From Candidatus Bathyarchaeia archaeon (lineage in GTDB: Archaea > Thermoproteota > Bathyarchaeia > 40CM-2-53-6), in NCBI GenBank assembly GCA_049513715.1, contig JBEKVV010000001.1, forward strand, positions 704,001 through 768,000: 64,000 bases of DNA. The letters are read 5' to 3'. The translations under genes were made by a program, and so were the position numbers. Shown piece by piece: positions 40,107 through 49,321 of the stretch. The notes beneath the pieces are model-generated. The model had not been told where the DNA came from, did not search any database, and saw only the letters and a program-made list of their open reading frames with translations. Position 1 is the stretch's first letter. Every line of letters starts with the position of its first letter.

Positions 40107-41375
40107 CTAGATGGTGCCACCGAAGCTCAAGTAAAGCAGAATGGCGTTTAACGCTATAATGAATATGACAAAAACGGCTGCAATAATCGTAGTCCGCTTT
40201 TTGTTGACGAATTCACCCATCAACTTCTTGTTCCTCGAAAGAACCAGGAGTGGTACGAGTGGGAGAGGGAGTAGCAGGCTGAGGGCAACTTGGCTATAGA
40301 CCAGAATTGCCAAAGGCTCGATGCCGGCAAGAATTGCTAGGACTACAGGAATCGTGTTGATTAATCTGGTCACTATTCTGCGCGCCCACAGGTTGACCCG
40401 CCGGCCTAACATGCCTTCCATAATGGCTTGACCGGCAATGGTTCCTGTAGTTGAAGAGGAGAGGCCTGAAGCCAGCAAAGTTATTCCGAAGACAATGGCG
40501 GCCACCGGGCCAAACAAAGGTTCGAGGGTCAAGTACGCGTCTTGAATGGTGGCCACCGCTATTCCGTGAGTGGAAAAGGCAGCGGCAGCCATGACCATGA
40601 TGGCTGCGTTGACCAATCCTGCAAAGGTGAACATGATTATGCTCTCTACAGTATGAAGACGCAAAACGCGCCGCTTCGTCTCGACACTTGGTGTTGTGAT
40701 CTTGTCATTGGCGAGAGCCGAGTGTACGAAAAGAGCGTGCGGCATGACAGTCGCGCCGACAACCCCGACCGCGAGAAGAATTCGGTCCGTGGACCATAGA
40801 TTCGGAACAAATGACCCAGCAAGCACGGGACCCAAGGCAGGAGCGGTGATGAAGATTTCGAAAACGTACCCAATACCTATTGTGGAGACGAGCGTCATGA
40901 AGAAGTACTCTAGACGTCGGACGTTTCCGCCGGTCACCCCCAACACGAGCACGACGTCCACGACTGAGAGGAAGGTTCCGTAAAGCAGGGGTATTCTGAA
41001 GAGCAGATTCAGCGCAATCACGGTCCCTAAGAACTCTGCTAGGTCCGTCATGGCGACGGCGACTTCAGCCGTAAGCCAATACGGTATGACGTAGATTGGT
41101 TTCTTCAGGTGTATCCGCATTAGTTCCGGGAGCGAGTGGCCTGTGGCTATGCCAAGTTTACCGGAGAGGTATTGGAGTAGCATGGCCATTATGCCTGCGA
41201 GCCAAACGACCCAGAGCATGCTGTATCCGTAGGTTGCTCCCCCGCTGATGTCTGTGCCATAGTTGCCTGGGTCCATGTACGCAACGCTGACAATGAGGGC
41301 GGGGCCGAAGTAGGCCCAGAGGTCACGCCAAAAGGGTCTCGTTGATTCGACTTGGGTGGACCCAGATTGTGTCAT
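40107..41375 (-). CDS. mntH: second Nramp family transporter
   Basis: YMDPGN, GATVMPHALFVHS. Confidence 0.93.
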   Translation of the reverse strand: MTQSGSTQVESTRPFWRDLWAYFGPALIVSVAYMDPGNYGTDISGGATYGYSMLWVVWLAGIMAMLLQYLSGKLGIATGHSLPELMRIHLKKPIYVIPYWLTAEVAVAMTDLAEFLGTVIALNLLFRIPLLYGTFLSVVDVVLVLGVTGGNVRRLEYFFMTLVSTIGIGYVFEIFITAPALGPVLAGSFVPNLWSTDRILLAVGVVGATVMPHALFVHSALANDKITTPSVETKRRVLRLHTVESIIMFTFAGLVNAAIMVMAAAAFSTHGIAVATIQDAYLTLEPLFGPVAAIVFGITLLASGLSSSTTGTIAGQAIMEGMLGRRVNLWARRIVTRLINTIPVVLAILAGIEPLAILVYSQVALSLLLPLPLVPLLVLSRNKKLMGEFVNKKRTTIIAAVFVIFIIALNAILLYLSFGGTI

Positions 41376-41599
41376 TCTTTGATTGGCCTCGAAGCATGAC
41401 CATTCTCCAACGTAAGGCAATCTTCCGACGTGGAGAAGCTAGACTAGGGGAACCGTGAGGTTCTAATAAAGCTGGACCGCCCCCCGAGCCTACTGAATAT
41501 CATTCCAAAGCAGAGGGTTTCCATCCAACTGCAACCAGATGTATCTTGAAAGATGATAATGCATATTTGCAGGTGGCTTCGATATCGCACTAGAGAACA

Positions 41600-41803
41600 T
41601 TGACGACACAGGAATCGAAGAGAAAAGAATTCTCTGACGATGAAGTCGAAGCAATTATGGATATGCACGAGCCTGGAAGCCAAATCACGATCAGAGAGAT
41701 TCGAGAGACGATACAGGAGAACCCGCTCTTGGTTACCGGTCTCGTTTTCGCTTTCGGTTTGCTTGTAGGCGTTTCGCTCTCTTCTGGCCGAAGACGCCGT
41801 TGA
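41600..41803 (+). CDS. ElaB/YqjD(DUF883)-like tail-anchored protein
   Basis: IQENPLLVTGLVFAFGLLVG followed by RRRR. Confidence 0.65.
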   Translation: MTTQESKRKEFSDDEVEAIMDMHEPGSQITIREIRETIQENPLLVTGLVFAFGLLVGVSLSSGRRRR

Positions 41804-41892
41804 AGGCCCAGTCATCCTAGTCAATGGTCATCTTGATTTTAGGTGGCTCTTGAACCACCCGTGTTCACTGCCAGCCAGCATGAAGGTAATCT

Positions 41893-41909
41893 TTTATCCA
41901 CTGGATAAA
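41893..41909. promoter_or_regulatory. perfect 8-1-8 inverted repeat TTTATCCA-C-TGGATAAA over the probable TATA region
   Basis: Lies 23-39 bp upstream of the TTG at 41932. Confidence 0.55.
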
Positions 41910-41931
41910 CACGTACCGTTCGGCGAAAGGT

Positions 41932-42153
41932 TTGTCGAAAGACAAAGAGATGCAAGAGATCAAGCACTTGGAAGAGTACGTGAAGGACCTCACGAAGGAC
42001 GTGGACAAGAATTTGGCCGACCTGAAGGTTCAGCTTAACGATGTTCGACGGGTGGCGACTCGGACCTTCGCACGCAGACCAATGTTGGCTCTCGCCGTTG
42101 TATTCGTTGCCGGTATGGCTTTCGGTGTGGCCTTATCAAAATCAAAGGACTAG
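41932..42153 (+). CDS. ElaB/YqjD-like tail-anchored protein
   Basis: Coiled coil followed by RRPMLALAVVFVAGMAFG. Confidence 0.65.
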   Translation: MSKDKEMQEIKHLEEYVKDLTKDVDKNLADLKVQLNDVRRVATRTFARRPMLALAVVFVAGMAFGVALSKSKD

Positions 42154-42162
42154 GCGCAAAAA

Positions 42163-42471
42163 TTGCCGGACAAAGAAGAAAAAAACAGGACAACCTTCGT
42201 AGACAGGCTCCTTGAAATTGTGCTCCGACAAGCCCTAGGCGCTGCCACCAAGACAGCCGAACGGATTGTGAAGCGGACACTCCGTCTGGTCGGACTCGTC
42301 CTTGCAGGGATAGTCATTGTGGTCCTTGGGGTTGCTTTTCTGGCGGTTGGCGCGGTAAGATGGCTGGCCGTTCTGATGCCAGGCTGGTTGGCTTGGGCAG
42401 TCGTGGGCATCGTCTTATTTCTGATCGGTATAACGCTAACGTTAGCAGCGTTGGTTAGTTCCAGGAACTAG
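42163..42471 (+). CDS. YqjE-like two-TM membrane protein
   Basis: Helical N-terminus plus two TM segments with PGWLAWAVVG; follows the YqjD-like gene. Confidence 0.55.
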   Translation: MPDKEEKNRTTFVDRLLEIVLRQALGAATKTAERIVKRTLRLVGLVLAGIVIVVLGVAFLAVGAVRWLAVLMPGWLAWAVVGIVLFLIGITLTLAALVSSRN

Positions 42472-42582
42472 ACGCGGAAAGAAACGTAACGAGCACTTGA
42501 AGATAAAGGGACCTGTCCATTCAGGGCTCATTCCGATATAGAAAACCCTCGAAAAACTGCTCGTCACAATAGCTGCTGGCAG

Positions 42583-42873
42583 TCACTCGTGGGGTTCACT
42601 GGATAGGAACTTCACAAGTTTGCCTGCTCCAAGCTTTTCCGCTACGATCTTACGCTCCTCTTCGTTGAGGGGTTTGTACTTGAGGTGCGTATCGGTAACG
42701 CCAACATATCGGCCTGCAACAACGTAGGCATTAGCGTTCTTCTCTTTGTAGATGGTGATTGGCTTGTGGACGGCCGCGGGGTCAGTTCCGGCGTAGAGGT
42801 AGGTCGTCGAGTCTTCAAACTTCAGCTTATCCTCAATCTTGAGGAGCACAAGCTGCGAGTCGTCAGCTTTCAT
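42583..42873 (-). CDS. hypothetical protein
   Basis: 96-aa ATG ORF with protein-like composition filling the gap. Confidence 0.6.
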   Translation of the reverse strand: MKADDSQLVLLKIEDKLKFEDSTTYLYAGTDPAAVHKPITIYKEKNANAYVVAGRYVGVTDTHLKYKPLNEEERKIVAEKLGAGKLVKFLSSEPHE

Positions 42874-42941
42874 GGAGCAGCCAGCCTCATACCCATACCT
42901 AAAACCCTTGCGGGCCAGTGTGGTGGCAGCGAAGTTTTAGT

Positions 42942-43087
42942 TGGAGCCGGGGATGGGAATTGAACCCACATCAGCGAACGCTGCTTCTATACTGCGGGTT
43001 GCGGCAAGCTTGTATCTACTGCAGCCCGCCGCCTGAACCGTTCGGCCTTCGGTGATCCTTAGGCAAGGCCAAAGGACCAACCCCGGC
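42942..43087 (-). tRNA. tRNA-Cys(GCA) with three introns: 43079-43048 (8/9), 43018-43000 (37/38), 42988-42970 (48/49); CCA encoded
   Basis: Spliced sequence GCCGGGG TG GCCG AACGGTTC AGGC G GCGGG CTGCAGA CCCGC AGTAT GTGGG TTCAATT CCCAT CCCCGGC T CCA; each insert is bounded by a BHB-type structure. Confidence 0.88.
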
Positions 43088-43164
43088 ATTCGCCCCGGCA
43101 ATAGAACCGTTCACACACAAATCTCTAATCAACCTTTCCAATGTATAGAACTCGTGTACTAGCC

Positions 43165-43467
43165 ATGGCTTCTGACCAGCGTGAGCATAATCAACTGTTT
43201 TTCAGACTTTGTTCTGACCACCTTTCCATCGAAGCCATTCCGAAAGGACACGTTAGGATGAATTTCGACCAAATCAAAGAAGCCCCTCTCCCGAATTATG
43301 AGCTGCTAATGTGGACTCCGCAATTTGTGGTCCTCAGAAACATGAAGGGGCACGAGATTACTGTGAGAAAAGACGGCCGAATGGTCATCCGCAAGGCTGT
43401 TTCTGAATCCGCCGCCAGAACCTCGGCAACTGAAACTTGGGACATCCTGCTAAGCAGAGATAGGTAA
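43165..43467 (+). CDS. stand-alone homolog of the C-terminal domain of the nearby MoeB/ThiF protein
   Basis: WTPQFVVLRNMKGHEITVRKDGRMVIR versus TTPMLIVFDYEGHEVSVFKKGRMLIK. Confidence 0.7.
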   Translation: MASDQREHNQLFFRLCSDHLSIEAIPKGHVRMNFDQIKEAPLPNYELLMWTPQFVVLRNMKGHEITVRKDGRMVIRKAVSESAARTSATETWDILLSRDR

Positions 43468-43471
43468 CCTA

Positions 43472-44167
43472 TCAGACCGTAATTACCCGGGCATTTTCAA
43501 TGTCTCGTCGCACCATAGCCTCAAGATCCAAAGCTCCCTCAACCTCGGCAAGCCTGTCACGTCTGGCAGCGGTGCTCGGGTTGCTTGTGGGAACGCCGCA
43601 AGTTGCGACTCCTGGGCGAATTGACGTCTCATATGTTCCAATTGCTTCCGCGTATCGAACAATCTGCTGCTTGTTCATGCCCACTAATGGCCTGAGTACG
43701 GATATTTTGTTCAAAACGCAGTCTGCTGAAGTGATGTTCTGGAGTGTTTGGCTGGCCTTTTGTCCTATAGCGTCACCTGTTACTATGGCGGTGCAGTTTT
43801 CCTTCGTCGCTATTTGTTCTGCAACTCGCAGCATAATGCGTCGAGAGAGAACACATGCATACTTCTCTGGGCACTTGGAAACAATTTCCTGTAAGTCAGG
43901 TGAGTGGGACACTAGATATACGGGAACATCATGAGCGTCTAGATTGCCGCAAACCTTTCTGATTGTTTCGAGGGCTATGCTCTCAGCGGCCTGGTCGCAG
44001 AGTGGGTAATTGTCAAAGTACGCAAAGACCGGGTCGATACCCTTCCTGATTAGGAGCCAAGCTGCTACTGGGGAATCGATTCCGCCTGAGACGAGGAAGA
44101 GCGCGCGGCCTCGGAGCCTGAGGTCCGACTGGGGTCTTCTGATCGGTTTAGGTGAATTAAGAGTCAA
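43472..44167 (-). CDS. ThiI-like PP-loop sulfurtransferase lacking NFLD/THUMP domains
   Basis: SGGIDSPVAAW, TGDAIGQKASQTLQN, LRPLVG..IGTYETS; only 231 aa. Confidence 0.88.
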   Translation of the reverse strand: MTLNSPKPIRRPQSDLRLRGRALFLVSGGIDSPVAAWLLIRKGIDPVFAYFDNYPLCDQAAESIALETIRKVCGNLDAHDVPVYLVSHSPDLQEIVSKCPEKYACVLSRRIMLRVAEQIATKENCTAIVTGDAIGQKASQTLQNITSADCVLNKISVLRPLVGMNKQQIVRYAEAIGTYETSIRPGVATCGVPTSNPSTAARRDRLAEVEGALDLEAMVRRDIENARVITV

Positions 44168-44173
44168 GCTGCA

Positions 44174-45208
44174 TCATTTCGTCTCAATGATTTTCGTAAT
44201 ATGGCGGTAGACTTCTAGGGCTTCGTCTTCGGTGCCCACGTTCTTGATGAGCATTCTCCCCTTCTTGAAAACGCTCACTTCATGCCCCTCGTAATCAAAT
44301 ACGATGAGCATTGGCGTAGTCAGGAGAACCTTATGGGTTTTCCCAATTGATTTCGTCAGCGCATCCAAGTTTAGCGACATAGGTAGCTCGGGATTTACAT
44401 TGGCTGTGTTGGATCCGCACAGCCAAGCTAGCCTTTTGGCGATTTGCATGGGCTTGCGGGCTTTTATTTGGCAAACCTCGCAGTCCGGCCTGATGCTTAA
44501 TTCAACGGTTCTGAATTCTGACTGGGCGAAATCGAAGACCATTAGTTTAGCCTTTGAGTGAGGTTCGATTCCCACGAGAACCTTTACCGTTTCCATGGCC
44601 TGAATTGCACCCACGATGCCTGTTGTGGCTCCAAGAACTCCGCGGATTTCGCATGTGGGCAAGTCCGCATCGTCCAATCCGGGTAGGATGCATTCGAGGC
44701 ATGGGGTCTCTGGGCTTCTGAAGACTGCTACGTTTCCTTCCATTCCAATCGCACCACCAAACACGAAAGGAATCTTGTGCTCCACACAATAGCGGTTCAC
44801 CACGTACCTTGTTCGCATGTTGTCCAAGCCGTCCACTACACAGTCAGAGTCAGCGATTATGGAGCGGATGTTGTCGGGTCCCAGGTTCTCTGGGAATGGC
44901 TCCGTTCTGATTTCAGGGTTGACTTCTTTGATCCGTCGGGCCGCCGCCTCGACTTTGGGGTAGCGTAGATCGTTTAGTGAGTATAGGGCCTGACGGTGCA
45001 GGTTGTTGAACTCAACAGTGTCTTGGTCAACAAGTTTCAACGTCCCCACTCCAGCCAAGGCGAGAAATAGCGCCGAAATGCTGCCTAAGCCGCCCAAGCC
45101 GACGATTGTGATCTTGGAACCCCGTAGCTTCTCCTGGCCAAGCTTCCCAAGCTCACTCAGGATTGTCTGGCGGCTGTAAAATTCTGAACTGTTGAACTGC
45201 ATGCTCAT
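44174..45208 (-). CDS. HesA/MoeB/ThiF family E1-like adenylyltransferase
   Basis: YSRQ, GLGGLG, NLHRQ, CLEC..CEVC Zn site, catalytic PTC. Confidence 0.93.
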   Translation of the reverse strand: MSMQFNSSEFYSRQTILSELGKLGQEKLRGSKITIVGLGGLGSISALFLALAGVGTLKLVDQDTVEFNNLHRQALYSLNDLRYPKVEAAARRIKEVNPEIRTEPFPENLGPDNIRSIIADSDCVVDGLDNMRTRYVVNRYCVEHKIPFVFGGAIGMEGNVAVFRSPETPCLECILPGLDDADLPTCEIRGVLGATTGIVGAIQAMETVKVLVGIEPHSKAKLMVFDFAQSEFRTVELSIRPDCEVCQIKARKPMQIAKRLAWLCGSNTANVNPELPMSLNLDALTKSIGKTHKVLLTTPMLIVFDYEGHEVSVFKKGRMLIKNVGTEDEALEVYRHITKIIETK

Positions 45209-45266
45209 TGACGGTCGGTAAGATAGATGGCAGAAGGAGGCTTTCAGCATATGGGCGCAGCTTGGT

Positions 45267-46460
45267 TCACGAGTGGAAGGGTAGGCCGAGTTTTGCGAGC
45301 CGGTACTTGAAGTAGGGCCACGCTATTTTGGTTCTAACATCTCTGTATCGCAAGGTTCCATCCATCAGGCCAACCATGCTCTGTTGCACCCTCTCCTCGC
45401 CGAAGAAAAATCGGGCGACGCGCTCCATGTCATATTGCTCCAGGTAGGTGAAGCAGGCCACACCATACGCGATCTCAAAATCTAACCCGAACATTTCCCT
45501 GCATTGTCGTTGGTATTCGTTCAAGAAGGTCTTATCGTAACGCTCATTATGGCAGGCCCGCACTGCGACCTGTGCAGCTATCTGAGCACCCAAGATTGAA
45601 AAGTAAATTCCCTCACCAAGTAATGGTTCAGCGAAGCCCGCTGAATCACCCGCGAGCATAACTCTGTCAGTCACGGTTGGGACTTTTGCGTAGCCGCCAA
45701 GTGGGATTAGGTGGGCTTGGGGGTTTGGAATATCAACGCCGTCAAGTTGGGGAATTCGCTTAACAAAGTTATCAAACAGGTCGCGGGCATGCCTGAGCTT
45801 ACTGAGCCTGCAACCAACGCCGACCGTCAAATGGTCGTCTTTGGGAAAGACCCAACCATAACCTCCCGCGGAAACCCCAAAGTAGACGTCGAAAAAAGCC
45901 TCGCTGCCAATGAAGTCCTGTACAACCTTTTCCCCGACCGGAACCTCGCTCTCTATTGCGTACGCAACTTGGTCAGGCTTCCAGCGGTGATAAAGTCGGG
46001 TCGCGCGTGCTGTCGGGCCCCCCATTCCATCAGCTCCTATGAGCAACTGGGAATGATAGGAATTGCCCGGTGTTTTGACTTCGATATATGAGTCAGTTTG
46101 GCTGATGGTATGCACAGGGCTTCCATCCCTGAGTTCGGCACCTGCCTCCGTCGCCTTCTCGGTGAGGTACGCGTCGAACTTCGTTCGAGAAGTCATGTAG
46201 ACGAGCGTGCGGTTCGTCTCGAATGTGTGACACGAGTCTCCCACATGGGTTCTGGTTGATTTTGGGGCGCACTCGACGAGCTCGTTTGGAAGCGGAAAAT
46301 CAAGAAGTTTCAGAACTTTGGGTGTCACCCCGCCCCCGCATAACTTACTCCTTGGAATGTGGTCCTTTTCGATCAGTAGCGTCTTCAATCCTTCCTGCGC
46401 TGCGGCTCGTGCGGCTGACGCTCCGGCTGGGCCTGCGCCGACCACAATCAAATCGTACAT
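45267..46460 (-). CDS. geranylgeranyl reductase family FAD oxidoreductase
   Basis: GAGPAG, KLCGGG, GYGWVFPK, GDSAG..PLLGEGI. Confidence 0.9.
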   Translation of the reverse strand: MYDLIVVGAGPAGASAARAAAQEGLKTLLIEKDHIPRSKLCGGGVTPKVLKLLDFPLPNELVECAPKSTRTHVGDSCHTFETNRTLVYMTSRTKFDAYLTEKATEAGAELRDGSPVHTISQTDSYIEVKTPGNSYHSQLLIGADGMGGPTARATRLYHRWKPDQVAYAIESEVPVGEKVVQDFIGSEAFFDVYFGVSAGGYGWVFPKDDHLTVGVGCRLSKLRHARDLFDNFVKRIPQLDGVDIPNPQAHLIPLGGYAKVPTVTDRVMLAGDSAGFAEPLLGEGIYFSILGAQIAAQVAVRACHNERYDKTFLNEYQRQCREMFGLDFEIAYGVACFTYLEQYDMERVARFFFGEERVQQSMVGLMDGTLRYRDVRTKIAWPYFKYRLAKLGLPFHS

Positions 46461-46607
46461 TTTGGTCCCGTAGTTGCCAAGACAGACGAGTAGAACGTTT
46501 TTACCTTTCTGGAAACAATTTGCTCACAGTGGGAGGACGTATTTCTTCCGTTCATCGCAGTGCAAAGTTGAGTTCGGCAAGAACTCAGCTAAGTACGTAA
46601 AGTGGCT

Positions 46608-47567
46608 TTACGGGAACTTGGGGCTCAGCGAGCCGTGCGGGCAAGCGTCGACGCACTCCATGCACATTATGCATTCAGGGTCATTGAACTTCTCCCAAGG
46701 TAAGTCAAGGATATTGATTTGCATCGGGCATTTTACTTCGCAGTGGGGGCACTTCATGCATTTTACGGGGTCGCGTTTGATTCCCGCGTAACTATATCGC
46801 TGGAACACTGCCATCAGGGCTCCCGTCGGGCAAATGTACCTGCAAAAGAATCTTGGAACTTTCCACGCAGCCCCAAAGAATGCCACCAGGACCAGAATCC
46901 GTACTGCAAGTAAGGCTGGTATTTGGGTCAGTTGTGTCCAAACCTCCTGCATCGTTGGCGGTTGAGATAGGAATGACCCAAAGTTCTCGCGTGCCATGTT
47001 CAACAGTACTGGGAGGGTTCCGAACAATGTTCCGTCAGGGGAGATTGCTAAGAACGGGCCGGCAGCCAAAGCACCCAGCGCGTTCTTGTAGTCCGAACCT
47101 GATCCCAAGTAGAGGGCGAGGCCTAGGGTCCCGCTAATCAACAGCGTCATGAATAGAACTAGGTACTTGAAGTTCTTCGAGGCTGTGTGGGTCCGAGGCG
47201 AGACCACGTCCAATTTACCTTTCAGGGTGGTGATTATGTCCTGTATGAAACCAACCGGGCAAACCCAACCGCAAAAGGCACGCCCCACTACCGCCCCAAT
47301 CAGGAAGATGGTTCCGATCACAATCCATGGGAACTCTGGCTGGGCTAACTCAACTTGAATTAGGTCGAAAGAGCTGTAAATTGTGGTGAAATGCGAGTTC
47401 ACGCTAGCAAGAATCGGAAGGCCGAACGGGATGGTTTGCACCTTCAAGGGGTAGATCAGCGAGAAGGCAAGAGCGTTAACAGCCAGAAGAGAGACTAGCT
47501 GCACAATCATGCGGGGAAGTGTCCACTTGAACTTGAACCTGCGAAGGTCTTCCTCTTTTTCACTCAA
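46608..47567 (-). CDS. NapH/MauN-type membrane 4Fe-4S protein
   Basis: GRAFCGWVCPVG, FCRYICPTG, two ferredoxin clusters at the C-terminus. Confidence 0.88.
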   Translation of the reverse strand: MSEKEEDLRRFKFKWTLPRMIVQLVSLLAVNALAFSLIYPLKVQTIPFGLPILASVNSHFTTIYSSFDLIQVELAQPEFPWIVIGTIFLIGAVVGRAFCGWVCPVGFIQDIITTLKGKLDVVSPRTHTASKNFKYLVLFMTLLISGTLGLALYLGSGSDYKNALGALAAGPFLAISPDGTLFGTLPVLLNMARENFGSFLSQPPTMQEVWTQLTQIPALLAVRILVLVAFFGAAWKVPRFFCRYICPTGALMAVFQRYSYAGIKRDPVKCMKCPHCEVKCPMQINILDLPWEKFNDPECIMCMECVDACPHGSLSPKFP

Positions 47568-47577
47568 CTTTCAAGCC

Positions 47578-47703
47578 TCATGGAAGTGGAAGAACATAGG
47601 CGCGTAACATGTCGGCAAGGATCTTGAAGTCATTGAAATACAGTCCTACCATGATTGCAGTCAACCCGACCAGTATTGTGAAAGCAGCAATTGTTTGCTT
47701 CAA
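47578..47703 (-). CDS. small single-TM protein (41 aa) upstream of the 4Fe-4S protein
   Basis: Manual translation MKQTIAAFTILVGLTAIMVGLYFNDFKILADMLRAYVLPLP. Confidence 0.55.
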   Translation of the reverse strand: MKQTIAAFTILVGLTAIMVGLYFNDFKILADMLRAYVLPLP

Positions 47704-47905
47704 AGAGCTTCTTCTCAGTGATTGTGAAGGATTTTGTTAGCGTTGAGGACCCTTGTAATTATACCTTTCCAACCCCGACTAAGTGCAGACCTTCATGGAA
47801 AAACTAGTTGTTTGTGGGCCTGATTGTTTTGTCATTGGCGAGTACTTAGTTTCGCTGCTTTTCGTATTGGACCGACGATATCGGATCGAGGGCGTAATAG
47901 CCACA

Positions 47906-49321
47906 TTAGTGGTGCCCTTGTATTCCTGTTGTGTTGTGGCTCTTCCACAATGAGTCTGTCAAGTCGCTTAGTCTTTGGCTTAGTCTAACGGGAGGTGTTT
48001 CTGAGCCAGTTAGCTTCTTGTATTTCGCGGGCAGTGAAGCAACTCCTTTCTTAGCTTTCTCCTGTATTTCGTCAATCTTGGGTAGCGAGTAAACCAGTCT
48101 TCCATTCTCCAAGACTTTCGTCAGTAGCGGAATCGTGCCATTAGGCGCCTTTTCGTCTTCCAAGGAGAGAGTGTCTTCAACGATTTCTCCGCTCGCTGAG
48201 AAACGCCGGTAGATTTGCTTCGGACCCGGAATCGTCCGCTTGCCTTCGCTTGTCTTGGCTCTGTAGACTTCCTTTCCATCCCGCTCAAGAGCCACTAATT
48301 TGTAGATTCCGGAAAGCGCCGGGTCGTCTCGTGATGTTACCAATTCGGTGCCAACGCCAAACTGGTCCATCGGCGCACTTCTGGACGTAAAGTCGTCCAA
48401 GATGAACTCGTTTAGGTCACCGCTCACGAAGATCTTCGTGTTGTTCAAGCCAGCACGGTCGAGCATCTTTCGCACCTGTTGGCTCAGGCTGAAGCGGTCA
48501 CCGCTATCAAGCCTAACAAGAGTGGGTTTCACCTTGCCCGAAATGGCCTTCTTAGCTCCCTCGACTGTATCATATGTGTCCAAGAGCAATGCCGGGTTGG
48601 ACGGGAACACTTTGCAGAATTTCTCGAATGCTTCCTCTTCCGTATCATAACTCATAATGTATGAATGAGCCATTGTTCCGTAGGTTGGAATGCCGAATAG
48701 GTAACCTGCGAGCACATTTGATGAGCCAATACACCCACCTATGTAGCTTGCCCGCGCAGCCAAAAGTGCCGCTTCTGGTCCGTGAGCTCTCCTCGAACCG
48801 AACTCCACAACACCTCTGCCCCGGGCGCTTTGTACAACACGGGAAGCTTTCGTGGCAATCAGCGTCTCAAAATTCATAATGCCCAACAGATAGGTTTCAA
48901 CGATTTGGGCTTCGATAATAGGCGCCCTAACACGCAGGATAGGTTCATCGGTGAAGAAGACAGTTCCTTCGGGCAGTGCAAATACCTCTCCCCCAAACCT
49001 GAAGCCCAAAAGGTAGTCAAAAAATCCTTTGCTGACATGTTTGAAGCTCGGATGCCGCTCAAGGTACTTGACATGCTCCTCAGTGAAACGTAGTCTTGTC
49101 AGGTAGTTGACAGCCTGTTCGAGCCCCGCGGCTAGAAGATAGGAACGGTTCTTCGGCAAGTTTCTTACGAAAAGCTCGAACGTGGCAGTACCGTTTTCGT
49201 GGTTATCAAAATATGCAGCCGCCATGGTCAACTCGTAAAGGTCGGTTGACAGTGCCGCATCAGGAATCAGAAAATGTGACACGCTTCGAGTACCCCACTT
49301 GTTCGACCTCGATGGTTTCAT
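47906..49321 (-). CDS. pncB: nicotinate phosphoribosyltransferase
   Basis: TDLYELTM, EFGSRRAHG, GTMAHS, RLDSGD, FGVGT. Confidence 0.95.
   Translation of the reverse strand: MKPSRSNKWGTRSVSHFLIPDAALSTDLYELTMAAAYFDNHENGTATFELFVRNLPKNRSYLLAAGLEQAVNYLTRLRFTEEHVKYLERHPSFKHVSKGFFDYLLGFRFGGEVFALPEGTVFFTDEPILRVRAPIIEAQIVETYLLGIMNFETLIATKASRVVQSARGRGVVEFGSRRAHGPEAALLAARASYIGGCIGSSNVLAGYLFGIPTYGTMAHSYIMSYDTEEEAFEKFCKVFPSNPALLLDTYDTVEGAKKAISGKVKPTLVRLDSGDRFSLSQQVRKMLDRAGLNNTKIFVSGDLNEFILDDFTSRSAPMDQFGVGTELVTSRDDPALSGIYKLVALERDGKEVYRAKTSEGKRTIPGPKQIYRRFSASGEIVEDTLSLEDEKAPNGTIPLLTKVLENGRLVYSLPKIDEIQEKAKKGVASLPAKYKKLTGSETPPVRLSQRLSDLTDSLWKSHNTTGIQGHH

Noticed and set aside
41894..41902. DnaA box-like TTATCCACT
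   Set aside because: Archaeal genome and a single site; better explained as half of a palindromic operator
42970..42993. Long variable arm (Sec/allo-tRNA-like) interpretation of the tRNA
   Set aside because: The CAGC/GCTG hairpin leaves 10 nt unpaired, whereas a full BHB explains the segment and yields a standard 5-nt variable loop
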